DNA of 64,000 bases from Tetramitus jugosus (Eukaryota; Protista; Heterolobosea). Within the stretch, counting starts at the first letter, position 1. Each line of letters opens with the position of its first letter. A program made the translations under genes and the position numbers. Below the pieces are notes generated by a model, which saw only the letters and a list, made by a program, of their open reading frames with translations, made no database searches and had not been told where the DNA came from. Below, piece by piece: positions 35,577-46,474 of this stretch. Location of the stretch: positions 186,001 through 250,000 of the forward strand of contig OW569377.1 of the NCBI GenBank assembly GCA_937625935.1, written 5' to 3'.

Positions 35577-35680
35577 GGCGGAATGGCCGAGAGGTCTAAG
35601 GCGACACGTTTAGGAATACACTCAGGTTGAGTCAAAATCCGTGTTCCGAAAGGGCGTGGGTTCGAACCCCACTTCCGTCA
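35577..35680 (+). tRNA. trnL-TAG: tRNA-Leu(TAG) with a 24-nt intron (35615-35638)
   Basis: Acceptor GGCGGAA/TTCCGTC+A; A box TGGCCGAGAGG; anticodon stem ACACG/CGTGT with TAG at 35611-35613; long variable arm; B box GGTTCGAACCC; downstream T-run. Confidence 0.93.
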
Positions 35681-35717
35681 ATCTTTTCATTTTTTCTGTT
35701 CTGTTGTAAGGCGCCAA

Positions 35718-38630
35718 ATGATCATGGACTTTGATCTTTTTTCTGGACAACACAACCGAAATCGAACGTTTCCACAACAAATTATGAGATCATACTTGAA
35801 GCGCCCATTGTTGTCGTTGCTGACAATGATGATTGCTTTTGCCTTTTCTGCCACGATCATCAGATCATCACACCAACAAGAACTATCGTGTGATGCATCA
35901 TTGTACAGAAACACGTGCAACGGTGTTACATGCGGTGTTGATACACATCAAGTCTTCTCTGCCAACAACACTGGATGTGCGTGTACAGAGTCTGACATTG
36001 GTCGTCGATTCACTGATTGTAACGGACCAAGCAACACAAAGTCTCTGTTCGAATTCTATCGACCACCAGCTACCTGTGTTGGAGGTGTGTCCTTGCAAGC
36101 ACCTATTCACGACATTTCATGCACCAATGTCTGCCACAAGGGACAAAAGTTTGACATTGAGAGCAAACAGTGTGTGACCTGTCCTTCAGGTCAGTTCTCT
36201 TATGGACCAGTGGTCTACTACAAGGACTGGAACAAGCAAGATGGATTGCCTGCTCAAATGAGAACAGAGTGTGAAATGTACTATTGGAGTACTGGGTGCA
36301 ATTCGTGGACTGTGAGCGAGAATGGATATCTGGAGAGTGGTGACAACAAGAATTATCACAGCATCAAGTCCATTCTAGAGTATCGTGTCGAAGTACATGA
36401 ACCGATTGGAACACTGGAGTTGGAATACTTTGTGAGCTCTGAGGCCTACTTTGACTACTTTACGATCAGTGTTGACAATGGAAACTCTATTTTGAGAGAG
36501 TCTAACACGCTTCCATCTGTCGAATGGACACCATTTGCCTTTAATCTGACAAAGGGATATCACACGATTCGTTTTACATACAACAAGGATGCTTCGGACT
36601 CCAAAGGAGCTGATATGGCCAGAATCAGAAGTATTCGTCTGTCTGGAGTGAGTGATGTGACCCTCAAGTGCGATCCATGTCAACCGGGTACTGTTAGTGA
36701 CGGCAGCCATGAATGCACGCCTTGTCCTGTTGGTACCTACCAGGATCTACCAGAGCAATCAGAGTGCAAGATTTGTCCATCGGGTCAATCCTCTTTCAAG
36801 GGCAGTATCACTTGTTATGCAATGAGTATCCCATGTGAAACGTCAGACTATTTCTCATACTACACAGCTTGCGATGCCAACGGAAGAAGCATTTTGAATT
36901 ATGAGTGGATTCAACCACAAATCTGTAACATTTCCCATCCAGACTCCGTTCCTCTGCCAGAGAGACAGATTGGTGTTCTGTGTTCCGAGTTGCCTCAACC
37001 AAAGTGTAACCCTGGACAAGAGTACAATGCTGAAAAATATGAGTGTCAATATTGTTCATCTGGCAAGTATTCCGTAGATGGTGAGAAATGTTCCTCGTGT
37101 GAAGCTGGATCAGCCACTGAAGAAAAGATTATTACTTTGGAGAAGTTTGTTACACGTGACAAGGCTCAGTTCCATCAACTGATCACCACTCAGTGCTCAG
37201 GTGAATGTGCCAGCAACGGTTGGAGATTTACTGAGCATTTCCTTGATAGTGGTCTTGGTAATGGTGTTTCCAAATCATGGCTCGATATTGATGTTAGCAA
37301 ATTGAAGACAAAGAACTTGGCTATTGATTACGATTTGACTTGTAAGACAGGTGGTGGCTCTCTCGATATTGAAGTTGACAACTACTTGGCATTATCTATT
37401 GAATGCTCTGGATGTTCCAATATGACCAACATGTCAAGAACATCAATCGAACTAGATGAGGATATCAAAACTATTCGTATTAACTACAAAACTTTATCTT
37501 TGCTAAGCAATGATGCCGCTAATTGTGATCGAGCAGTTATATCAAAGATTCAACTCACAGTAGAAGACGCCACGATTGGAGGTGCTAGCGAGTGTGATTC
37601 ATGTAGTGAAGGTGAGTTCACAAAAGACGGCGCTTCATGTGGAACATGTCCGGCTGGTACTCACAGTGAGAGTGAATCTACAACCTGCGATGAATGCCAA
37701 GCTGGTTATTTCTCTTATTCAGGCAGTTCCACTTGTCACAAGTGTGGAAGTGGCATGACATCCGAAGCCAGATCGGGTAAATGCGAGTGGGAGTATGGAG
37801 TATGCAAGTACAATGGAACATTGCTCGGTATGAACAGATTGTTCGATTTCGGTACTCTTGGACGCGCCTTGTGGTCTGCTTCGGCCAGCTCTGCTGCAAA
37901 TCCAGACTCTGCATTTTACTTTGATTTGTGCAATGAGCAAGTTCTCGGTCGTACTGTCAGGAAGATTATGGACAATGGTACTCACCCATGTGTAGCCAGT
38001 GGTTCCTTTGTGTGTATGAAGGACAAAGCTGGTGAGATTACATCCATTGGAAAGAGTGTTAGTGTAGAATCTGGTCTCTATGACAATGAGAACGAAAGTG
38101 GATTCCATCTACATTACACTGATTACTCTGGAAAGAACTGTTACAACAATGTAACAAGAGAGAGTCAACACTATGAAGCTATTTTGAACATGAAATGTAA
38201 TCCTGATGCCTCCGGTAGTCAGTACTTTGGTCCTGCAATTACTCTGGAAAAACCTTGCATTTATAGGATGGAATTCTCATCCAAGTATGCCTGCCCTCTC
38301 TGCACGGATGATGATTATACAATACTGGAAGGAACCTGCGATCCAAAGACATTGACAAAGGAACTTGTGCCCGTTTTGAAGTCAGATACTGCTCACAGAT
38401 GCTATGGAGGTGTTCAAAAATCCAAAGAGACAGTCAGCTGCTCCATTAATGTTGTTACTGCCCCCTATTGGATCGTAGGTGGTGTGTTGGGTGGTGCTGG
38501 TCTGGCTATTATTGCTCTTGCTGTGGCAGCAGTCTTCTTCTATCTCAAGTTCAGAGATGCAAGTCAAAAGTTCCACATGTTGCAAGAAGGAGACAATGAA
38601 GACACAGGTCGTGCCATGCAAGAGATGTAG
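35718..38630 (+). CDS. ELAPOR1/KIAA1324 (UPF0577)-like type I membrane protein; start may be a downstream ATG
   Basis: Signal/anchor segment, Cys-rich TNFR/ephrin-like repeats, YEWIQPQIC, MRH-like domain ending SKYACPLCT, and a C-terminal TM helix. Confidence 0.82.
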   Translation: MIMDFDLFSGQHNRNRTFPQQIMRSYLKRPLLSLLTMMIAFAFSATIIRSSHQQELSCDASLYRNTCNGVTCGVDTHQVFSANNTGCACTESDIGRRFTDCNGPSNTKSLFEFYRPPATCVGGVSLQAPIHDISCTNVCHKGQKFDIESKQCVTCPSGQFSYGPVVYYKDWNKQDGLPAQMRTECEMYYWSTGCNSWTVSENGYLESGDNKNYHSIKSILEYRVEVHEPIGTLELEYFVSSEAYFDYFTISVDNGNSILRESNTLPSVEWTPFAFNLTKGYHTIRFTYNKDASDSKGADMARIRSIRLSGVSDVTLKCDPCQPGTVSDGSHECTPCPVGTYQDLPEQSECKICPSGQSSFKGSITCYAMSIPCETSDYFSYYTACDANGRSILNYEWIQPQICNISHPDSVPLPERQIGVLCSELPQPKCNPGQEYNAEKYECQYCSSGKYSVDGEKCSSCEAGSATEEKIITLEKFVTRDKAQFHQLITTQCSGECASNGWRFTEHFLDSGLGNGVSKSWLDIDVSKLKTKNLAIDYDLTCKTGGGSLDIEVDNYLALSIECSGCSNMTNMSRTSIELDEDIKTIRINYKTLSLLSNDAANCDRAVISKIQLTVEDATIGGASECDSCSEGEFTKDGASCGTCPAGTHSESESTTCDECQAGYFSYSGSSTCHKCGSGMTSEARSGKCEWEYGVCKYNGTLLGMNRLFDFGTLGRALWSASASSAANPDSAFYFDLCNEQVLGRTVRKIMDNGTHPCVASGSFVCMKDKAGEITSIGKSVSVESGLYDNENESGFHLHYTDYSGKNCYNNVTRESQHYEAILNMKCNPDASGSQYFGPAITLEKPCIYRMEFSSKYACPLCTDDDYTILEGTCDPKTLTKELVPVLKSDTAHRCYGGVQKSKETVSCSINVVTAPYWIVGGVLGGAGLAIIALAVAAVFFYLKFRDASQKFHMLQEGDNEDTGRAMQEM

Positions 38631-39013
38631 AGCTCCAATAATATTTGTATAAAACGTTGTAACAATTGGAAGGTTTCAATCAAATCGGACTTATGTTGCC
38701 GTGAACCCATAATCCAGTCTATTCCCGCGTTTTTCTTGCGAAGACTTCCAGAAAAAAAAATCAAACGGACCTGTTTTTTTGCCTGTCAACATACCACACT
38801 CACGTGCGTGGTCACACAGTCTCAGACAGAACAACAACTAAAACTCAACGAATGTACGTACACTACAACAGATAACAATATAACTGCGTGATTGATCATT
38901 GTCAGATTTTCATCACAACTCCAACGAGTTTGAACCAATCATTAATTAACTCTGATTTTTTGGTTGTTGTTCGCTATTTTTTTTTCACAAACACTCAGTT
39001 TCCAATACCAACA

Positions 39014-42000
39014 ATGAGCTCACCATTACTCGTTGATGACGATGAGAGGTATGAGGAGAACAACAACGATAGTAACACAATGGTCGACGACGTAGAGGAA
39101 GCTGCTGATCAACTTGAAGGACAAATGTCCGACGACGAAAATGGAGATCATGCCAACAATGACTCTGATGATGGTGAAGAAGAAGCACGTGACAATGAAA
39201 AAGAGGATGAAACGTATGAAGTGCAAGACAATGAGGAAGAAGAAGAAGAGGATGTGCCTTCTGAAGATGATGAAACACTGGCAAAGAAAATTCAAAAAGA
39301 AGAGAATTCAAGGTCAAGACGATCGAGAAGAGTATGTGTGATCTTTTGATTGTTTTTTTAAAATTTTGTTCTGTCATGATGACCAACAACCATCATTTAT
39401 CAATATACAGACTGTTGTGTACAAGGATTTTGATGAAGAGGAGGATGATGAGGAGGAGGATGTTGGATCTTCCAGTGCTCCCAGAGTTCGTTCTAGATAT
39501 GTCAAGGGATCCAGAGGCACTCGAACAACTGTCAAGAGAAAGCCACGAACAACCACAAGAGCTACCTCGTCAAGAACAACAAGATCGTCAAGGAGAGCAG
39601 CAAGTGGTGACAGTGAAGATGAATTTGATTTTATTCCTCAGAAAGAGTTGAGATCGCGATCCACTCGTGTCAACTATGCCGAGGTTGAGGAAAACGCCGA
39701 TGATGACGATGATGAATTGGTAACACCTGAAACCAATGGAACTGCTGTTGATGAAAAGGATGAAGAATTCTCTGCTGTTGCTCAAGAAAGTGACAGTGAT
39801 GACAGTGAAGATGATGACGACGACGATGAAGATGAATATGTCGCAACACCACAGCGAAAGAGAAGGATCACAAGAGCAGCACCTCGGACGCGAAAAAATG
39901 CTAAGGGCAGAGGCAAACAGACAAGAAGGAAGGCTGTCGACAGTGAGGAAGAAGATTCTGAGGACAGTGAATCTGAAGGAAACGAAGAGGATGACGAAGA
40001 AAACATTCCAGAGTATGAACAAACTTTTGATGAGTTCCAAGTTGAGAAGATCCTTGGAATCAAATTCTTTGAAGAAGAAAACACACAAAAATATTTAATT
40101 AAGTTCAAAGATCGTAGTTACATTCATGTTGAATGGGCTACAAAGGAGGAAGTTGAAGGATATGCAAGCGGTGCCTCAAAATTGAAAAATTTTGACAAGA
40201 AATATTCACTTGAAGACTTTGAGGGAGAAGAAGAATTCTTCAATCCTATCTATTGTGAAGTGGATCGAATTTTAGATATTGGACGATTCAATGACAAGAA
40301 AATGTATTGGGTCAAATGGAAAATGTTGGGTTATGACGAGTGTACATGGGAGTTTGAAGATGATATTCATGATCAAACAAAGATTATGGAATTTCAAAAG
40401 AGAAGAAAAGTGCCACCAAAGATGGCCAGAAGAATCCCTGCTCGACCTCCCCCAAGTTTCTTCCAAAAACTTGAAACCAGTCCAAAATTCAAAGACGGCA
40501 ATCAACTTAGAGAATATCAGTTGGAGGGTTTGAATTGGCTTGTGTTCTGTTGGTTCAACAAAAGAAGCTCGATTCTTGCTGATGAGATGGGTCTCGGTAA
40601 AACTGTACAAACAGTGAGTATATTGGAATGGCTTCGTACAGCTCAACACAATAGAGGTCCATTCTTAGTCATTGCTCCACTCTCTACTATCAATCACTGG
40701 AAGAGAGAGTTTGAAAATTGGACAGAGATGAATGCTCTGGTCTTCCATGGAAACCAAGAAAGCAGAAATATTGCCACGCAATATGAGTTTTACTATTATG
40801 ACGAGAGGGGTCGTGTCATACCAAATCTCTTCAAATTCAACGTTCTCATCACAACCTATGAAACTATTTTAGCAGAATCGTCCTTGTTGGGCAAAATTAA
40901 TTGGCAGTATTTGGTGGTTGATGAGGGCCATAGATTGAAGAATAGAAAGAGCAAGTTGCTGGAAATCCTGAGAAATTTCAAAACAGAACATAAGCTTCTT
41001 TTGACCGGAACACCACTTCAGAATGATATGCAAGAATTGTGGAGTTTATTAAATTATATAGACGCAAACACTTTTGATGACAGTGAGTCATTCTTAGAGG
41101 AGTTTGGAAATTTACAGAGCACTGAAGACTTGGCTAACTTGCACAAACTGATTGGTCCATACCTGTTGAGAAGATTGAAGGAAGATGTGGAAAAATCTAT
41201 CCCACCAAAAGAAGAAATTGTGGTCGAAGTTGTTCCAACAAACATCCAAAAGCAGTATTACCGTGCCATTTTAGATCGTAATCGAGAATTCTTAAAGAGA
41301 GGTGTTGAGAAAGCTCAGAATGTTCCCAAGCTTATTAATGTGCTTATGGAGATACGAAAAGTTTGTAATCATCCATTCTTGATTGATGGTGCTGAAGAGA
41401 ACATTACAAAGAGTATCACTGATGAGGCTGAGTTAAATGAATGTTTAATTAAGGTGAGCTCCAAACTTCTGTTGGTCGACAAACTACTCAAAAAATTGAG
41501 GGAAGGAGGTCACAAGGTGTTGATATTCTCTCAGATGGTTCGTGTGCTCAATATCTTAGAAGATTATCTTCATTACAAACAATATCCATATGTGAGATTG
41601 GACGGAACTATTCGAGGAGATTTGAGACAACAAGCCGTTGATCGCTTTAACAACCTTCAAGTTGACACCTTTGTCTTCCTGGTTAGTACGCGTGCTGGTG
41701 GCGTTGGTATTAACTTGACCTCTGCTGATACTGTGATTATTTTTGATTCGGATTGGAATCCTCAAAATGACTTGCAGGCACAGGCAAGATGTCACCGTAT
41801 TGGACAGACAAAGGATGTGAAGATTTATCGTCTATTGACCAAAAACACAAGAGAAAAGGAGATGTTTGATAAAGCATCGAAGAAGCTCGGTCTTGATCGC
41901 GCTGTTTTGAATGGTAATAGAGAAACTGATTTTGAAGGATTTTCAAGCAAGGACAAGAATAATGTTGGTCTAGACAAGGATGAGTTACAAACTTTGCTCA

Positions 42001-44894
42001 AGTTTGGTGCTTATGCTGCCTTTAAGGATGATACTGAAGATGAAAAAATGTTAGTCGAGGGAGATATCGACAGTATCTTGGAGAGAAATTCTACTGTAGT
42101 CCGATATGACACCCAAACGGAAGACAAAGAAAACAAACAGAGCGAAAAAGGTGTTCTCACCTTCTCTAAAGCCACTTTCTGTTTTAATGAAAATGGAGAG
42201 GATGTTGATATCAATGATGAGAACTTTTGGACAAAAATGTTGCCAGAACAAAAGAACGCTGAAGGTCTCATGAGAAAACTTGGCGAAAAAGACTCTTTGA
42301 AAACTGAGGAGGAACGAGAACAGTATTTTGTTGATTTGAATGTGTTGATTGAGGAGAATCAAAGACAAATTAAAACATTCAACTATGATGGATGTGATGC
42401 ACTTGCGAATCTACTGACACAAGTTATGTACAGTAGCAAATTCGATGAGAGCAGAAGAACAATGGCACATAGTTGGCTTGATCTTGTGGAAAAACCTCGT
42501 CTCAGAAATCAAAAAACTTCAGGAAATGACTCAGATGATGAGATTGCTGATGATGGAGATGAGTATCATGACACTGCTGAAAGCTCCAGCGGAAAGAAAC
42601 TACAAATGTTAGGAGGATGGTACAAAGCTGAAAGACAAAGATTCCAAAAAGCATTTTTTGAATTTGGGTGGGGCAAATGGGATCAAGTGAGAGCCGCTAA
42701 ACTAACGACACATACAATCTTTGATATCATATCTTTTGCTGAAAATTATGTACACATTATGAGAAGAAAACTGTCAGACGAAGAGAGGGAACTTAGACAA
42801 TTCTTGAGAGAACTCTTGCTATCCAATGCTGTACCTGAGGATCACGGAGATCATGATCATTCAGATGAGGAAACCTCAACCAACGGTTCAGAGGAGAGAA
42901 CAGATGGTACTCCAAAGGAAGAAGAACAAACAGACGATAAGCACCTCATTGAAACGTTAAAGATATCTCCAGATCCTTCAAAGAAGTCTCAGATGGAGCC
43001 TGGAACTAAGATAGTTGTTATCTTGCCTGAACCAAAGTCTGGACAACTTCAGGATGCTCATCTGGAGGTTGTTCTTCAAAGGCGTGAAACCAACAAGGAC
43101 AGACCTAATATGGTCGTCCGATGGATCCCTCTCTCTGAAGAAGATTTGACAAAAGGGAGCACTGAAGTGACCGCGCCAGGATTTCCTGGTAGGTTCGTTC
43201 TACGTGTAGCATCAAGTAATGTGGTGGCAACTAGTGCTGCTTTTGAGGTGGCCGATGAAGTACACGCTTGTCTGAGTGAAAAAGAGTATCTCGATAGCAT
43301 GCAACGATGTGCAAAGGGATGGGCCAAAAAATTACAATTTTTGCGCCACTTGCACAAAGTGGTTGGTTTCGAGGGCGAAAAAACATTCCAAGTGCCAAGA
43401 CTCGGCGCAAAAGCCCCTGCTCCATGGTGGAATGAATCATGTGATGCCCATTTACTCTTAGGAATAATTAAGCATGGATATGGCAGATTTGATACTATCA
43501 AGACTGACGAAGAACTGTCCATAAGCCAGACTTATCATCAAATGCTCGGTAAAGCTACCAATAGAAGAGAAAAGAAAAGCGTAATGGACACCATGCCGAC
43601 CGTCACCTCTATCAACAAACGTGCACTCCGATTAGTTGAACATATGCTGAAAGATGTTGGTGATGGTGACATTTCGAAGAAGTCTGAGGTGGACGTTTTT
43701 GAAAGCTGGGCCAAGCGTGAAAGACAGGATCTGCAAAGATGTTTGATCAACAGAGGACTCTATCCTGATGAAAAAACAGGTGAGCCTCAATACGCAAAGA
43801 TTGCCACCCAAGCCAACTTAAAAAAGACGAACACCCAAATCAAGGATGCCATTGATGCTATGGTACGGAAGGCACACGAAATCAAAGCTTCGATCGCTGA
43901 TGATGAAGATGAAAAGAAAGACAAGAATGATCAGAAAGATTCATTGGAATTGACCCCTCTGATTGCGCAAAAATTGATATCAAGAATCAATATTATGAAT
44001 GAGCTGGCACAAAATGTGTTCCCTCACATTGATGAGTTTTCGGGCAAGTTGAAGTATTTAACTGTTTCAGGTAATGGTCTGACAAAATGGTGGAAGGGTT
44101 CGGATGACATGGCCCTCATTCGTGGTGTGCGTAAGCATGGATTCGATTTTAGAAAAATATTTGAATCTTATCCTGAGGATAAGAAGCCTCCTCGCGAAGG
44201 TATATTAATGAATAGACTCAGCCAAATCGCAAAGCTGGGTGGAAAAATAGCCATGCTTGGTTCTCCCTCAACGGGCAAGAATGCTGCCCAATGGGTTTTC
44301 ACTCCGAACAAAAGCCATATCAAGGCCAGTCCGCTCGCATCACCAAGAGTAAAGAAAAAGAAGAGCACAGACAAGAAGCCTCGAGTTGTGAGAGCCCAAA
44401 CCAGTATCAAAAAGTTTACGATCCGTGCGGCAGAGGACGAAGATGATCCAATAGAGGACTCTGATGACAATGGAAAGGCCCCCAGAGTTGCAAAGAAAAA
44501 GAGATCCAGCTCTGGTGGCAGTTCGTCGAGTGAGCCTGCACCTAGAGTTCGGACGAAGAAAGCAGCAAGTACTAGCTCAAAACCCTCTTCAAGTAAGTCT
44601 TCATCCAAGTCTGTCTCTAAATCTGCCAAGATTACGAAACCATCCAAGACCGCCTCTACTTCCCGCTCAAAGTCAACCACGACCAAGTCCAGCTCAAAAA
44701 CAAGTCAACCAAAATCCAGTCCAAAGGAAGATACCAAGAAAATTACCTTTTCCAACAGAAGAAGAGTTAAGAGAGACAGACCTGTCGATGATGACGTGGA
44801 ACCTGGTCAGATTTCTCTTCAGGATCTGCCTCCTGTCAAGAAGCAGAGACCATCCGATCAAGGAGCAAGCTCGACAGAAGAAAAGAAAGAGTAA
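39014..44894 (+). CDS. CHD-family chromatin remodeler (CHD6-9/Kismet-like); intron 39332-39410
   Basis: Tandem chromodomains; SNF2 motifs ILADEMGLGKT, DEGH, LTGTPLQN, DSDWNPQNDLQAQARCHRIGQ; SANT/SLIDE-like PWWNESCDAHLLLG. Confidence 0.94.
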
Positions 44895-44989
44895 TTTGTA
44901 GTATAGAATAAATTATTGTGACAATTATGATGCTCGTTAAGTACACACATCCAAGCCAGCAAGCCAAAAGAGAGCAAAAAACCAAAAAC

Positions 44990-45074
44990 AGGACATAGTG
45001 TGAATCGAACACACGACCATAGGATGATGTTGCATTATTTGCAATCCCATGCTCTACCGCTGAGCTATATGTCC
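44990..45074 (-). tRNA. trnC-GCA: tRNA-Cys(GCA) with a 13-nt intron (45026-45038)
   Basis: Minus strand reads GGACATA TA GCTC AGCGGTA GAGC A TGGGA TT GCA A [ATAATGCAACATC] A TCCTA TGGTC GTGTG TTCGATT CACAC TATGTCC T. U73 discriminator is typical of Cys. Followed by a T-run. Confidence 0.94.
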
Positions 45075-45116
45075 TTCATATTTCTCCTCCTAAAAACTGT
45101 AAATTTGTAATTTCCG

Positions 45117-46445
45117 GAAAAAAAACGCAGAAAAAACGGAATCACATGTCTGGTGATTCAACAAAATTGGTGAAGGAATACGGCAACAGCCGTTATGCAG
45201 TGTGGACCACTGCACGGAAAGGCTCTGGGCCAAGTGACAGAGAGGTCGTCATTACTGGCAACGGTAATGGTGTCTCTCAGTCATCTCTGGCAAGAAAGAT
45301 AGGAGAGGAGTTTGGTGACTGGCTCAACCGAGTCCAAGTCATCAAGAGGATAGGCCAGCAACGCTTTGTTGCATGGGTGACGGTCAAGGGTGACCGCATC
45401 TATGAGTTTGTTGAGTTCTTCAACAAAGAGAGGAGGACTGGCAACAGCACTGCTGCACCCAAGCGCAGTGTTGATTGCACAAGAAAGGTGGTCGTCCATG
45501 GCATGAAGAACATGTCAGTGGACGACATCAAGAAGCTGCTGGGTCCTGAAAAGGTTGCCAGTGTGCTCAAGAAGCGTGACACTGCATTCGTGGTCATGGG
45601 TGATGAAACCTATGCGCGAGCAGTGCTCAGTGGAGAGAACAAGGTAAAGGCCACGGTCACTCGATACGTCGAGAGACCACATGATCCTCTCAAGGCTGTC
45701 AACAAGAGGTTGACCAAGATGTACGAGGAGCTGCTGACGGTGGTTGACGGACTGCGTCGACAGGTCACAGAACTCACCAAGGAATTAGGAAAGACAAAGG
45801 GTCAAGGGGGTAACAAACCGGTACCAATGCCGGAACAAGAAGTTGCCCAAGCCACTGCTAGGATGGAGACTATTCCTGAGCTAGTGGAGGCAGAAGAACA
45901 GAGGACTGTAGCAACACCACTGCCATCAGTGCCTGTTGTACAGCTCAGTGCTGAGAATCGGCAAATTCTGGAGCAAGTGAATGCCACTTCTCCAGTTTTC
46001 GCCAGAGTGAAAAAGGAAATTGCTGCATTGGCGCTGGCTGCTGCACGCAAAAGGTATGGTTTGACTGAGGACGAACCAGTCATTGTGGATGTGGATGATG
46101 ACTCCGAAAAGGAGATTCAGAGTCCACAACTCAATGACAACAAGAAAAGGAGTGCTAGGGTCACACTGGGTGATCTGATGAGCAACAAGGCCCAAAACAA
46201 GAAAACAACAACAGATGGCTCTGTGTCCATCGACGGTCCTACTACAAGGTTACGCTCTTTGATGAAGGGCATCAACCAAAACACTCTCCAGAGTGATTCT
46301 TCCAACCTGTAGATGCACCGTCGGGGACAACAAGAGAAGAAGAGTGAATGACGCCCTACGGGTCGTCACTCACAAAACAAGTCAATAAATGAGCAATCGT
46401 GTGCTTGCTGCGCAAGCACACATGGTTGTATGGAAAAAAAAAAAA
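45117..46445 (+). mobile_element. Element E1: 1.33-kb non-autonomous ORF1-only retroelement upstream of tRNA-Cys
   Basis: Direct repeat AAATTTGTAATTTCCG at 45101-45116 and 46446-46461; poly(A) from 46434; AATAAA at 46384; one intact ORF; 3' end shared with the LINE copies. Confidence 0.9.
45146..46312 (+). CDS. LINE ORF1-like protein (two RRM-like folds, coiled coil, disordered tail), 388 aa
   Basis: KVVVHGM-SVDDIKKLLG-VASV-TAFVVMGDETYARAVL has RRM topology, with a similar unit before it. Heptad repeat LKAVNKRLTKMYEELLTVVDGLRRQVTELTKEL. Fold assigned by eye. Confidence 0.7.
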   Translation: MSGDSTKLVKEYGNSRYAVWTTARKGSGPSDREVVITGNGNGVSQSSLARKIGEEFGDWLNRVQVIKRIGQQRFVAWVTVKGDRIYEFVEFFNKERRTGNSTAAPKRSVDCTRKVVVHGMKNMSVDDIKKLLGPEKVASVLKKRDTAFVVMGDETYARAVLSGENKVKATVTRYVERPHDPLKAVNKRLTKMYEELLTVVDGLRRQVTELTKELGKTKGQGGNKPVPMPEQEVAQATARMETIPELVEAEEQRTVATPLPSVPVVQLSAENRQILEQVNATSPVFARVKKEIAALALAAARKRYGLTEDEPVIVDVDDDSEKEIQSPQLNDNKKRSARVTLGDLMSNKAQNKKTTTDGSVSIDGPTTRLRSLMKGINQNTLQSDSSNL

Positions 46446-46474
46446 AAATTTGTAATTTCCGATACGGCGAAAAT

